Shown here: one piece after another, positions 23,800 through 35,716 of the stretch
How the letters are laid out: each line of letters opens with the position of its first letter
Numbering within the stretch: position 1 is the first letter of the stretch
Source: Mustelus asterias
Lineage: Eukaryota
Reading direction: 5' to 3'
Assembly: GCF_964213995.1 (NCBI RefSeq)
Contig: NC_135826.1
Location: forward strand, 15,128,001-15,192,000
Length of the DNA stretch: 64,000 nt
Translations under genes and position numbers: made by a program
Notes under the pieces: generated by a model
What the model was told of the DNA's origin: nothing
What the model saw: only the letters and a program-made list of their open reading frames with translations
Databases searched by the model: none

Positions 23800-26700
23800 C
23801 CCCTGAGGGTTTCAGATACGTGGATAATTGGAACACATTCTGGGGAAGGTGGGACCTGTACAAACAGGACGGGGTGCACCTGAACCAGAGAGGCACCAAT
23901 ATCCTGAGAGGGAAATTTGATACGGCTCTTCAGGGGGGTTTAAACTAATTTGTCAGGGGAGTGGGAAAAGGAGTTGTAGTCCAGAAGTCAGTGTTGAGGG
24001 TGGTGAGGTTTTGGGGAAGGTATCAAGGTCAAGGGTGGGTACCAGTAGACAGGAAGGTGGGTTGAAGTGTGTCTACTTCAATGCAAGGAGCATCCGGAAC
24101 AAGGTAGATGAACTTGGGGCGTGGATTTGTACTTGGGACTACGATGTTGTGGCCATTACGGAGACATGGGTAGAACAAGGACAGGAATGGTTGTTGGACG
24201 TTCCGGGGTATAGATGTTTCAGTAAGTGTAGGGAAGCTGGTAAAAGAGGTGGAGGAGTGGCATTGTTAATCAAGGATAGTTTAACAGCTGCGGAAAGGCA
24301 CTTCGAGGGGGATCTGCACACTGAGGTAAGATGGGCTGAGGTTAGAAATAGGAAAGGAGCGGTCACGTTGTTAGGAGTTTACTACAGGCCCCCAAATAGT
24401 AATAGAGATGTGGAGGAAGAAATTGCTAAGCAGATTATGGATATGTGTGGGGGTCACAGGGTAGTTGTCATGGGGGACTTTAACTTTCCAAATATTGATT
24501 GGAACCTTTGTAGGTCAAATAGTTCGGATGGGGCAGTTTTTGTGCAGTGTGTGCAGGAGGGTTTCCTGACACAATATGTGGATAGGCCGACAAGAGGTGA
24601 GGCCACATTGGATTTGGTACTGGGAAATGAACCGGGCCAAGTGTTAGATTTGGTTGTGGGAGAGCACTTTGGAGATAGTGACCGCAATTCGGTGTCTTTT
24701 GTTATTGCAATGGAGAGGGATAGGGCCATACGGCAGGGCAAGGTTTACAATTGGGGGAGAGGTAATTATGATGCGATTAACCAAGAATTAGGGGGCATAA
24801 GTTGGGAACAGAAACAGTCAGGGAAAGGCACTAATGAAAAGTGGAACTTTTTCAAGGAACAAATACTGGGTGTCCTTGATAGGTATGTCCCTGTCAGGCA
24901 GGGAGGAAATGGCCGAGTGAGGGAACCATGGTTCACGAAAGAAGTGGAATGTCTTGTGAAAAGGAAAAGGGAAGCTTATGTAGGGATGAGGAAACAAGGT
25001 TCAGATGGCTCGATTGAGGGTTACAAGTTAGCAAGGAACGAGCTGAAAAAGGGGCTTAGGAGAGCTAGGAGGGGACATGAGAAGTCCTTGGTGGGTCGGA
25101 TCAAGGAAAACCCCAAGGCTTTTTACTCTTATGTGAGGAATAAAAGAATGACCAGGGTGAGGTTAGGGCCGGTCAAGGACAGTAGTGGGAACTTGTGTAT
25201 GGAGTCAGTAGAGATCGGCGAGGTGATGAATGAATACTTTTCTTCAGTGTTCACCAAGAAGAGGGGCCATGTTTTTGAGGAAGAGAAGGTGTTACAGGCT
25301 ATTAGGCTGGAGGAAATAGATGTTCGGAGGGAGGATGTCCTGGCAGTTTTGAATAAACTGAAGGTCGATAAGTCCCCTGGGCCTGATGAAATATATCCTA
25401 GGATTCTTTGGGAGGCAAGGGATGAGATTGCAGAGCCTTTAGCTTTGATCTTTGGGTCCTCACTGTCCACGGGGATGGTGCCAGAGGACTGGAGAATGGC
25501 GAATGTTGTTCCTCTGTTTAAGAAAGGGAATAGAAATGACTCTGGTAATTATAGACCGGTTAGTCTTACTTCAGTGATTGGTAAATTGATGGAAAAGGTC
25601 CTTAGAGATGGGATTTACGACCATTTAGGAAGATGCGGATTAATCCGGGATAGTCAGCATGGATTCGTGAAGGGCAAGTCGTGCCTCACAAATTTGATAG
25701 AATATTTTGAGGAGGTAACTAAGTGTGTTGATGAAGGTAGGGCAGTTGATGTCATATACATGGATTTTAGTAAGGTGTTTGATAAGGTCCCCCATGGTTG
25801 GCTTATGATGAAAGTGAGGAGGTGTGGGATAGAGGGAAAGTTGGCCGATTGGATAGGTAACTGGCTATCTGATCGAAGACAGAGGGTGGTGGTGGATGGA
25901 AAATTTTCGGATTGGAGGCAGGTTGCTAGCGGAGTGCCACAGGGATCAGTGCTTGGTCCTCTGCTATTTGTGATTTTTATTAATGACTTAGAGGAGGGGG
26001 CTGACGGGTGGATCAGTAAATTTGCTGATGACACCAAGATTGGTGGAGTAGTGGATGAGGTGGAGGGCTGTTGTAGGCTGCAAAGAGACATAGATAGGAT
26101 GCAAAGCTGGGCTGAAAAATGGCAAATGGAGTTTAACCCTGATAAATGTGAGGTGATTCATTTTGGTAGGACAAATTTAAATGTGGATTACAGGGTCAAA
26201 GGTAGGGTTCTGAAGACTGTGGAGGAACAGAGAGATCTTGGGGTCCATATCCACAGATCTCTAAAGGTTGCCACTCAAGTGGATAGAGCTGTGAAGAAGG
26301 CCTATAGTGTGTTAGCTTTTATTAACTGGGGGTTGGAGTTTAAGAGCCGTGGGGTTATGCTGCAACTGCACAGGACCTTGGTGAGACCACATTTGGAGTA
26401 TTGTGTGCAGTTCTGGTCACCTCACTATAAGAAGGATGTGGAAGCACTGGAAAGAGTGCAGAGGAGATTTACCAGGATGCTGCCTGGTTTGGAGGGTAGG
26501 TCTTATGAGGAAAGGTTGAGGGAGCTAGGGCTGTTCTCTCTGGAGCGGAGGAGGCTGAGGGGAGACTTAATAGAGGTTTATAAAATGATGAAGGGGATAG
26601 ATAGAGTGAACGTTCAAAGACTATTTCCTCGGGTGGATGGAGCTATTACAAGGGGGCATAACTATAGGGTTCATGTTGGGAGATATAGGAAGGATATCCG

Positions 26701-26884
26701 AGGTAGGTTCTTTACGCAGAGAGTGGTTGGGGTGTGGAATAAGCAGTTATTGGATAGGCACATGGAGCACACCAGGATGATAGGGAGTGGGATAGCTTGA
26801 TCTTGGTTTCAGATAAAGCTCGGCACAACATCGTGGGCCGAAGGGCCTGTTCTGTGCTGTACTGTTCTATGTTCTATGTTCTAA
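23800..26884 (+). mobile_element. CR1 LINE with the ORF1 esterase 3' end and an uninterrupted ORF2
   Basis: WDLYKQDGVHLN (SGNH-like) ends near 23947; ORF2 follows; (TGTTCTA)n tail. Confidence 0.95.
24011..26800 (+). CDS. CR1 ORF2: AP endonuclease + reverse transcriptase (929 aa)
   Basis: NARSI, ITETW, GDFN, LDL, QGSVLGP, FADD; lacks 15 codons near the C-terminus relative to sister copies; SDR in place of SDH. Confidence 0.9.
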   Translation: MGKVSRSRVGTSRQEGGLKCVYFNARSIRNKVDELGAWICTWDYDVVAITETWVEQGQEWLLDVPGYRCFSKCREAGKRGGGVALLIKDSLTAAERHFEGDLHTEVRWAEVRNRKGAVTLLGVYYRPPNSNRDVEEEIAKQIMDMCGGHRVVVMGDFNFPNIDWNLCRSNSSDGAVFVQCVQEGFLTQYVDRPTRGEATLDLVLGNEPGQVLDLVVGEHFGDSDRNSVSFVIAMERDRAIRQGKVYNWGRGNYDAINQELGGISWEQKQSGKGTNEKWNFFKEQILGVLDRYVPVRQGGNGRVREPWFTKEVECLVKRKREAYVGMRKQGSDGSIEGYKLARNELKKGLRRARRGHEKSLVGRIKENPKAFYSYVRNKRMTRVRLGPVKDSSGNLCMESVEIGEVMNEYFSSVFTKKRGHVFEEEKVLQAIRLEEIDVRREDVLAVLNKLKVDKSPGPDEIYPRILWEARDEIAEPLALIFGSSLSTGMVPEDWRMANVVPLFKKGNRNDSGNYRPVSLTSVIGKLMEKVLRDGIYDHLGRCGLIRDSQHGFVKGKSCLTNLIEYFEEVTKCVDEGRAVDVIYMDFSKVFDKVPHGWLMMKVRRCGIEGKLADWIGNWLSDRRQRVVVDGKFSDWRQVASGVPQGSVLGPLLFVIFINDLEEGADGWISKFADDTKIGGVVDEVEGCCRLQRDIDRMQSWAEKWQMEFNPDKCEVIHFGRTNLNVDYRVKGRVLKTVEEQRDLGVHIHRSLKVATQVDRAVKKAYSVLAFINWGLEFKSRGVMLQLHRTLVRPHLEYCVQFWSPHYKKDVEALERVQRRFTRMLPGLEGRSYEERLRELGLFSLERRRLRGDLIEVYKMMKGIDRVNVQRLFPRVDGAITRGHNYRVHVGRYRKDIRGRFFTQRVVGVWNKQLLDRHMEHTRMIGSGIA

Positions 26885-28449
26885 CCTTCTCAGGAGCTGG
26901 CTGCAGCCAAGATTCTGCAAGCCTCTGTATGGCCTTTACTTGTAAGTAAATGTGTTGTTGTTTTTCCCTTAACTGGTGACCAAGAATTGTTACATCATCG
27001 CAGAGACACATAGTTTGGCGGGCCACCTCCTTCTGATATGTACCCTGGGAATACACATAGACGCAGTGGGAAGGTTCACACAGCTAGGGAATAGTCAGGG
27101 CACAGAGTGGGCATGGGTGAAATTAGACATCGAAAGCTGGGGGTCTTTAACTAATGTTACAAATGCACATGTTTCCACATTAAAACTGTTTAAGTATCAC
27201 TGTCATTAACCTTTCTCCCACTGGGATAGCGCTTCACCACATCTGGACAGAGCTCTTCTCACAGGCCCTCAAAGTCTGACAAATGGTTAGGCTCACTCAA
27301 AGGGAAAATAACATAATTCTTGAGAGGACTCAGGCATCACCCTCCTGCATTTTCTGAACAGCAGGCACAAGGACTCCTCAGGTCCTATGCTTTGATGACT
27401 GAGGTTTACTGCAACCCTCCTTTCCTGGTTGCAGAGGAAACAGGTCTTTGGGATAGGGGGTTGCTCCTTAAGCTGTCGGGTGACATGGTGTTCTTCTTGT
27501 GTGAAGCAGGAAGTAATGAGGTCAGCCCGGATCCTTCTGTTCATAAGAACCTTCACCCCGCCTGTCCTCGATCTCAAGTCTCCTCTCCGGCCTCTTCCTC
27601 CACTCCCTCCTGGACTTCCTCCTTACCCGAGGAGACGTTCCACTCCTATCGGTCTTCATCAGTAAGGCGGTGGCCTCGTTGCTGTGCCGAGTTACGTAGG
27701 GCACGCAGACCCCCGCCATGTGGGAGACCCTTTGGAGACTGCATTGTAGGGCCCCATCGGACCTGTCGAGACAATGGAAGCACATCTTAAGGAGCCTGAT
27801 GCACCACTCAATCATAGACTGGGTGGCACTGTGAGGCTCGTTGTAGTGGACCTCTGCTGAGGTCTCAGGCCTCCCTCCTGGCATCATTAGCCAAGACCTC
27901 AATGGGTATCCTTTGACCCAACGAACCATCCCTGCAGCCTGGAGTGACCCTCCAATTCCCCAGGTATTTGCAATTGCCCAAGGATGTAGCTGTCATGCAT
28001 GCTCTCTGGAAAGCATGCACACATGTGCATGAACCTCATCTGCTGGTCACTCACCAGCTGGACAATAAGGGAGTGGAACGTCTTCCTGTTAATGAATAGG
28101 ACTCCCTGATGCCACGGGACCTGTAGCGTGACATGAGTGCGGTCGATCGCCCCCTGCACCTGTGGCAGATCAGCTATGGTGGCGAATCCAACAGCCCTCT
28201 CATCCTGCTGGGCCTGGTCCAGGTCGAAATTGGTGAAGTCCAATGCTCTTGTATACAGTACATCCATGACCTCATTGATTTATTTATGGGTGGATGACTG
28301 TGAGATACAGGACAGGTCACCCGTGGAGCCCTGACATGAACCCGTCGTGTCAAAGTTGAGAGCTGCCATGACCTCCGTGGCCATCAGGAGGCAGCACCCC
28401 CTGTCTCCACATGGTGCTATGTTGGACATTATGTGGCACAAGTACTGTA

Positions 28450-28740
28450 AGTTTGAATTTATTTATTGTCGCAAGTAGGCTTACATTAACACTATAACAA
28501 AGTTACTGTGAAAATCCCCTAGTCGCCACACTCCGGCACCTGTTTGGATACACTGAGGGAGAATTTAGCATGGTCAATGCACCTAACGTCTTTTGGACTG
28601 TGGGAGGAAACCGGAGCACCCGAAGGAAACCCACGCAGATACGTGAAGAATGTGCAAACTCCGTACAGTGACCCAAGCCAGGAATCAAATCCGGGTCCCT
28701 GGTGTGGTGAGGCAGCAGTGCTAACCACCGTGCTGTACTG
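28450..28740 (-). mobile_element. V-SINE inserted in the Harbinger transposase
   Basis: Same family as 32690-32995. Confidence 0.8.
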
Positions 28741-29548
28741 TCTCCCTGGTGAGGTGGAGTCTCCTGTGGCACATGTTGTCCGACAGCTCCATGATGGATA
28801 CTCGGGTCCTGGAGACCCCTGGTCTTCTTCTTTCCCTTCGAGCCCCCTGTTCAACTGCCGCTGCCTCCAGCCCTTGAGCCCATTCTACGTGTCCGTGTCT
28901 CCTACCACTGGGTGTTCCCTGGGTGCCGCCACTTGTTGGTGCTGGAATCTATGCTCCTCCAGCATTGTAATTAGTACAGGGAGAGGGAGAGAGAGACACA
29001 GAGACAGAAATTCCGTTTTTGGCCTCTCGCTATATTTTCCAGCTATATTTTCCAGCCTAATGGGATTTGCGCGTGTGGCTAACGGGCCAGCTAAATCCCA
29101 CCCAAGGTTCATTACGGGAGAGGAATCTTTCTTTTCCCAACTCAAAATGCAAACATTTTGATGAAGTGAAACGACTTGAGAAACTTTGGGGAAGGGCAAG
29201 ACATTGCAAAGGTAGAACAGAGAACCTTGGGGAGAGGAAGATACTGTAACTCAAAAAATGTAGATAGCTTTGGGCTCAAAGGAGTACATTGTAGGAGGGA
29301 GAGACACAGGAGTGGCACATTTCTGAGATGCTGGAAAGGAGAAGTTAAAATGGGGAACATTGAGACTCATTTTGATTTTGATACAGTGACAATCCAGTAA
29401 GGATGATGGGAATGTTCCAGAGACAATTTGGCTGTTGGGAAGAAGAGAGGAATGTTCATACAGCAACATTAGTGATAAAATAGAGAGAAATTAGATTTCT
29501 GAGGAGAAAAATGGAAAGGAATGCTTGGTGTAACTCCAATCCCAGCTT

Positions 29549-30896
29549 CCCTCTTGCCTGAAAATAGGTGCATGACGAGACCAGAATCCTGGCTTGCTTG
29601 GGAATAAATAAGGTTTATCTGGAGTCCTTTGTTCACAGTGAACTATTTATTGATTTTTTAGTAAATAACTGCCTCAGGGTCTGGGTCAGGCCGTCAGCGT
29701 ACTCGGAATGGGTGAAGACAGGTTGGAGCAGGATATGGAGCTGTGGTGGTGGCGGGGGGTGGGGGGGGGATCTTGGTGATGATATAAGCGCTAGGATGTC
29801 CTCAGGTGCCGAGTTGGCCATTCCGTGAAATCTGGGTTACTAAAAGGAAGTGGGACTGGGGTTGGGAGAATGATGTTTTCTGCTGGAGCCTGGCCTGCTG
29901 AAACGCCAGCAAAATGCATGCTGCCAGGATATAGGAGTGGCCTGCAGGAGTGTTGCCTACTCCTTTAGTGGCATGGATCACACCAATACTGACTCTGTGA
30001 CCTCAGAGGTGAGTGCTGGTATAACAAGGGCAACAATTCAGATCTGAGCTTTTTCTCATCAGGCCTACGGGTTTCACCTCGATGAGGCTGCTAAATGCTC
30101 TTTTCTGGAGCTCACCCCAGAGGCTGCTGAGACTGATTTGGGTGTCAGAGATGTAAATAATCTGAGCTGGGGAACAGAGTAATATTAAGCTTGAGTCAGT
30201 GCACAGTTCTCACTTCTTCATATGTCAGAACATGGTGTGGAGTTTTGGGCTGGGGATATTTTTCTCGGTTGCATGAAACAACATTAATATAAACACACAA
30301 TGCTAAATGGTCCCACTTGTAGAATGTTGTGGATTCCTTAAATCAGTGAGGGCTTTCAACAAAGGCAGTTTATCTCTAAACTCACACCTACAAACTGCTT
30401 GTGCTCTGCCTGAGATCCTGACCTCGTATGTAGTCGTATCATCACATACTCACGTGACCACTCGGACTACACCATTAGAAACATAACATTAAGTTGAAAT
30501 GACCAAAATGGTGCAACTTAAAGTGAGGACTTTCTGTATTAATTTGCTGTCTTATTGAGATGACGTTCATGTCGCTGCATTGGGCACATCATTAAAATCC
30601 ATCCATCTCTTAGACAGTGTGAACCTGTAGCATAATGCGGCACCTGAGGACATCCTAGCGCTTATATCATCACCAAGATCCCCCCCCCCCTGCCACCACC
30701 ACAACTCCATATCCTGCTCCAACCTGTCTTCACCCATTCCGAGTACGCTGACGGCCTGACCCAGACCCTGAGGCAGTTATTTACTAAAAAATCAATAAAT
30801 AGTTCACTGTGAACAAAGGACTCCAGATAAACCTTATTTATTCCCAAGCAAGCCAGGATTCTGGTCTCGTCATGCACCTATTTTCAGGCAAGAGGG
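29549..30896. repeat. Inverted repeat: arms 29549-29811 and 30638-30896, spacer ~826 bp
   Basis: Arms are near-perfect reverse complements; mirror ORFs 29568+ and 30877-. Confidence 0.9.
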
Positions 30897-32635
30897 CGGC
30901 ACTGCTGCTTCACAGCTCCAGGGACCTGGGTTCGAATCCCGGCTCGGGTCGCTGTCTGTGTGGAGTTTGCACATTCTCCCCGTGTCTGCGTGGGTTTCCT
31001 CCGGGTGCTCCGTTGTTTAAGAAGGGTAGCAGGGATAACCCAGGAAATTATAGGCCGGTGAGCTTGACGTCCGTGGTAGGGAAGTTGTTGGAGAGGATTC
31101 TTAGAGACAGGATGTATGTGCATTTAGAACGGAACAATCTCATTAGTGACAGACAGCATGGTTTTGTAAGAGGGAGGTCGTGCCTTACAAATTTGGTGGA
31201 GTTTTTTGAGGAAGTGACAAAAACGGTTGATGAAGGAAGGGCCGTGGATGTCGTCTATATGGATTTCAGTAAGGCATTTGACAAAGCCCCACATGGCAGG
31301 TTGGTTAAGAAGGTTAAGGCTCATGGGATACAAGGAGAAGTGGCTCGATGGGTGGAGAACTGGCTTGGCCATAGGAGACAGAGGGTAGTGGTCGAAGGGT
31401 CTTTTTCCGGCTGGAGGTCTGTGACCAGTGGTGTTCCGCAGGGCTCTGTACTGGGACCTCTGCTATTTGTGATATATATAAATGATTTGGAAGAAGGTGT
31501 AACTGGTGTAATCAGCAAGTTTGCGGATGACACAAAGATGGCTGGAATTGCGGATAGCGAAGAGCATTGTCGGGCAATACAGCAGGATATAGATAGGCTG
31601 GAAAATTGGGCGGAGAGGTGGCAGATGGAATTTAATCCGGATAAATGCGAAGTGATGCATTTTGGAAGAAATAATGTAGGGAGGAGTTATGCAATAAATG
31701 GCAGAGTCATCAGGAGTATAGAAACACAGAGGGACCTAGGTGTGCAAGTCCACAAATCCTTGAAGGTGGCAACACAGGTGGAGAAGGTGGTGAAGAAGGC
31801 ATATGGTATGCTTGCCTTTATAGGACGGGGTATAGAGTATAAAAGCTGGAGTCTGATGATGCAGCTGTATAGAACGCTGGTTAGGCCGCATTTGGAGTAC
31901 TGAGTCCAGTTCTGGTCGCCGCACTACCAGAAGGACGTGGAGGCATTGGAGAGAGTGCAGAGAAGGTTTACCAGGATGTTGCCTGGTATGGAGGGTCTTA
32001 GCTATGAGGAGAGATTGGGTAGACTGGGGTTGTTCTCCTTGGAAAGACGGAGAATGAGGGGAGATCTAATAGAGGTATACAAGATTATGAAGGGTATAGA
32101 TAGGGTGAACAGTGGGAAGCTTTTTCCCAGGTCGGAGGTGATGATCACGAGGGGTCACGGGCTCAAGCTGAGAGGGGCGAAGTATAACTCAGACATCAGA
32201 GGGACGTTTTTTACACAGAGGGTGGTGGGGGCCTGGAATGCGCTGCCAAGTAGGGTGGTGGAGGCAGGCACGCTGACATCGTTTAAGACTTACCTGGATA
32301 GTCACATGAGCAGCCTGGGAATGGAGGGATACAAACGATTGGTCTAGTTGGACCAAGGAGCGGCACAGGCTTGGAGGGCCGAAGGGCCTGTTTCCTGTGC
32401 TGTACTGTTCTTTGTTCTTTGTTCTTTGCTCCGGTTTCCCCCCACAGTCCAAAGATGTGCGGGCTAGGTTGATTGGCCATTCTAAATTGCCCCTTAGTGT
32501 CCCGGAATGCATAGGTTAGAGGGGTTAGTGGGTAAATATGTAGGGATATGTGGATAGGGCCTGGGTGGGTTTGTGGTTGGTGCAGACTCGATGGACCGAA
32601 TGGCCTCTTTCCGCACTGTAGGATTCTATGATTCT
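30897..32635 (+). mobile_element. V-SINE split by a CR1 RT fragment (~31013-32426)
   Basis: TSD TGCTCCG at 31006-31012 and 32427-32433; RT motifs with a stop at 31901-31903; (TTGTTCT)n tail. Confidence 0.9.
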
Positions 32636-32689
32636 GTAAAATTGAATAGATACTGGCAGACCAGCAGGTCCAATGGCTTATTTGTAAAG

Positions 32690-32995
32690 TTTAAAGTTTA
32701 TTTATTAGTGTCACAAGTAGGCTTACATTAACACTGTAATGAAGTTACTGTGAAAATCCCCTAGTCACCACACTCCGGCGCCTGTTCAGGCACACTGAGG
32801 GAGAATTTAGCATGGACAATGCACCTAACCAGCACGACGTTCGGACTGTGGGAGGAAACCGGAGCACCCAGAGGAAACCCATGCAGACACGAGGAGAACG
32901 TGCAGACTCTGCACGGACAGGGACCCAAACCGGGCATCGAACCTGGGTCCCTGGCGCTGTGAGGCAGCAGTGCTGACTACTGTGCCACCGTGCCA
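32690..32995 (-). mobile_element. V-SINE, near full length
   Basis: tRNA-like head GGCACGGTGGCACAG..GGTTCGATGCC on the minus strand plus the V core. Confidence 0.85.
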
Positions 32996-33614
32996 GGCTA
33001 TTTCATCCTGCTCCGGATGAAATGAGAACAACAGCTTCAGTGTTCCTGGAGCTGCATCAGCCACAATTCCCTAATCATTGTCACTCACCCTGATTGCTGG
33101 AAGTAAGATCAGGACAGGATTGGGTTGCTTTGTGTTTACACTTGTCTGTCCACATGCACTGTGTAGGGTCCCACATGAAGAATGTCACAGTGACAGGTTT
33201 CTGCTGACCCGCAACGGTCTGAATCACAGCTACCCGAAAATCAGCAAAGATTGGAACCAAAGAAAGAATAAAATTGCATATTTGGGCCATTTTACCTTTC
33301 AGTGGGGTTATAAAACGGATAAAGGCATGGCACTTGGTAAATTGTGCCTTTGGAGAGCCAGTGTAGACATGATGGGCTGAATAGCCTCCTTTCATTCTGT
33401 GAAGTCAAAGTGAAGGACATTGAAGGTCATGGCAGATTTTGCTTCTCTGACTTTGATCAAAAATAAATTAAACTCAGGAGTTTAATGAAGTCCAATTCAA
33501 TATCAATATGAGTTTAAATACTGAGCTTCTGACATAAAGAAACATGACAGATGGAACAGAAACCAAGATATTTGTGTAATGTTGGTATAAAACACAGATC
33601 TCAATAGTTTAACT

Positions 33615-33825
33615 CTGTTCTGGACAGTCCCTCTCCTTAAAATAACATTGCACAGTTCCTGCTGGGACCCCAGGTGTTTGTTAGTTTCACCCACTGGGGA
33701 AAGCTGGTTTGGGCGGAACCAAATCGCATTCAAAGACTGAACGCTGATTGGGTGAAACTGCCATCTCAATGCTTCAATAGTTTCAACCCTATCCCCTGCA
33801 ATATTTAAATAAGGTGCAATTAGCT
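33615..33825. promoter_or_regulatory. Conserved non-coding block upstream of cluster 2
   Basis: Homologue of 565-775; CAGGTG 33671-33676. Confidence 0.45.
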
Positions 33826-33949
33826 CTCAATGTTCTGATTTTGATGAAAATAGTAGGTACTCTGATATAGAATTTATTTTGCAGATTGTAGAATAAATTT
33901 AACCGCTGGCTGATAGATAAAGTTGGTACATTGGTGACTAATTATACCA

Positions 33950-34080
33950 AAAGCAAAACACGGCTGATGCTGGAAATCTGAGATAAAAACAGAAAATTCC
34001 AGCTAAACTCAGCAGGTCCGGCAGCATCTGTGGAGAGAGAAACACAGTTAACGTTTCAGGTTGTGACCTTTCATCAGAAC
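33950..34080 (-). mobile_element. Short Penelope-like repeat with a hammerhead-type core
   Basis: Minus strand CTGATGA-AAGGTCACAACCT-GAAAC. Confidence 0.55.
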
Positions 34081-34369
34081 TAATTATATTTCAACCCCTT
34101 TCCCCTTATGTCCTTATGTTCACTCACTGAAAGCAGTGACAATACATCAAGATTGCCTGATAGAGTTCATCAACACTTTAGTGCAGGTGTCATACAGTAA
34201 GTCAAAAAGTGTTCTAGGTGAGGAGTTTGTGCAGAGAATGCATCACAAGCCTTCTGTGATAAGCTACAGAAATGTGTGTTGTATCAGTACTGTACAGAAA
34301 CATTCAAAGGCTGTTGGCCAAGTGCGGTAAATGGGATTAGGTGGGAGTTCAGGTGTTTCTCAGGTGAGT

Positions 34370-34458
34370 CACCTGATGAAGGAGCGAGACTCCGAAAGCT
34401 TGTGCTACCAAATAAACCAGTTGGACTTTAACCTGGTGTTGTGGGACTTCTTACTGTC
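34370..34458 (+). mobile_element. Penelope-like 3' fragment with a hammerhead-type core
   Basis: CTGATGA-AGGAGCGAGACTCC-GAAA; matches 56100-56197. Confidence 0.65.
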
Positions 34459-34650
34459 CATAGAAAAGTGACGCAGAATTCCAGTTTCTGAGGTAGTTAT
34501 TACTGAGAGAGCTACAAGTTAAGAGTGTTGTACCAGAATGTGGTGTGGCAGAGGGTCACTGATTTAGATTGTAAACTGCAGTTTACACACAAGTCTTGAA
34601 CAGAAGAAGCAGACAAACATGAAAAGAGGAAGTGGGGAATATCAGAGAGA

Positions 34651-34840
34651 AACTATCTTCAGTTTGAAATGTGATTCAGTCTCTAACTGGGCTGAGGTGT
34701 CACTACATCAATCTCAATCTCTGACACTCAATGGGAGGCTTTCAGATCCTTGCTCTGATTGGTGAGTGTCAGTTCTCTAATTTGCATGGCTGTCCTTCCT
34801 GTTGTGAATGGCTCTATAACTGGCTCCAATGGGCAGCTGC
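34651..34840 (+). promoter_or_regulatory. IgL V promoter, cluster 2
   Basis: Octamer ATTTGCAT 34780-34787; ATTGG 34758-34762; TATAAC 34815-34820. Confidence 0.92.
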
Positions 34841-34901
34841 TGCCACACTCTGTCACACACACACTCACTGAAGGGAGGCAGCAAGCTCACTGGCACAAAG
34901 G

Positions 34902-34947
34902 ATGTGGACCTGGTGTTTTTTCTGCTCTCTGGCACTGTGTCTGGGCT
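34902..34947 (+). CDS. IgL leader exon (MWTWCFFCSLALCLG, phase 1)
   Basis: Hydrophobic 15 codons + 1 nt, GTAAGT donor; in phase with the V exon. Confidence 0.92.
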
Positions 34948-35052
34948 GTAAGTACAAACACTGAACTCTGCTCCTGCCGCTGCGGCAGACGGGGGGCTTG
35001 GAATTATTTTCAGACAGTCAATTTATAATGTTTAATCCCTGCTTTCTTACAG

Positions 35053-35373
35053 ATGGACAGACTCTGACTCAGACTCCTGATTTGACTATGAAACCGGGAA
35101 ACACGGCCACACTGGATTGTAACACTGGAATCCGTAATAGCAATAGAGTGGGCTGGTACAAACAGACCCCAGGAGCAGCTCCTCAGTGGGTCCTCAGCTT
35201 TTACCACTCATGGAATGACCCTAGCTATGGTGCTGGGTTTAGCAGCGATCGATTTACATCCAGTGTCAAGAGTGACAACAGTATTTACCAGTTAATCATA
35301 AAGAACGTGGAGGTGAATGATGCTGCCGTCTATTACTGTGGAACGTGGGTTTCCTCGAGCAGCACCTATGTGT
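35053..35373 (+). CDS. IgL sigma-type V segment V2 (intact)
   Basis: QTLTQTPDLTMKPGNTATLDC..WYKQTPGAAPQWVLSFYHSWNDPSYGAGFSSDRF..DAAVYYCGTW; long CDR2 typical of sigma chains. Isotype called by recognition, not by a search. Confidence 0.95.
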
Positions 35374-35401
35374 CACAGTGACAGAAGGTAAAACAAAAAC
35401 T
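35374..35401 (+). other. 12-RSS of V2
   Basis: CACAGTG-12 bp-ACAAAAACT. Confidence 0.95.
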
Positions 35402-35716
35402 GGCAACTGTAAATAATATACTCTCAATATTTTTGTAACTATTGGAACATCCTCATGTTTTACATTTTATAAAATCATTTCAATATTGTTCTTAATATAA
35501 AAGTTTCAAATTTATATAATTTAATAATTGATAACAATCTGAATCTCACTGCCCAGTATTGAGCATCGATGACATTTTACTGTCAGTGTGTGGGTGTTGC
35601 TGTGAGTTCATTCCTTACTGTCCCACACCAGCAGGAACACTGGGAATACATGAAGCCTGATTAATGCTGGACTGGAGAATCTGAAACGTGTTTTCTGTCT
35701 GATTTCCAGGATCCGG

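Larger units (their letters stand above)
22512..29103. mobile_element. Decayed PIF/Harbinger DNA transposon (Myb/SANT gene on +, transposase on -), split by CR1 and SINE insertions
   Basis: + strand ~22730-22975 gives LLDALEER..WEAVAVSISA..RTGHQCRKEITDLIR (Myb/SANT-like); - strand 27899-28267 gives VQGAIDRTHV..NRKTFHSL..HDSYIL (HARBI1-like DDE). Ends are approximate. Confidence 0.75.

Noticed and set aside
29990-30180. Possible decayed Ig-like exon on the minus strand in the inverted-repeat spacer
   Set aside because: Acceptor-like CCCCAG|CTCAG and AGTCTCAGCAGC resemble the C exon, but no Cys/Trp framework could be reconstructed.
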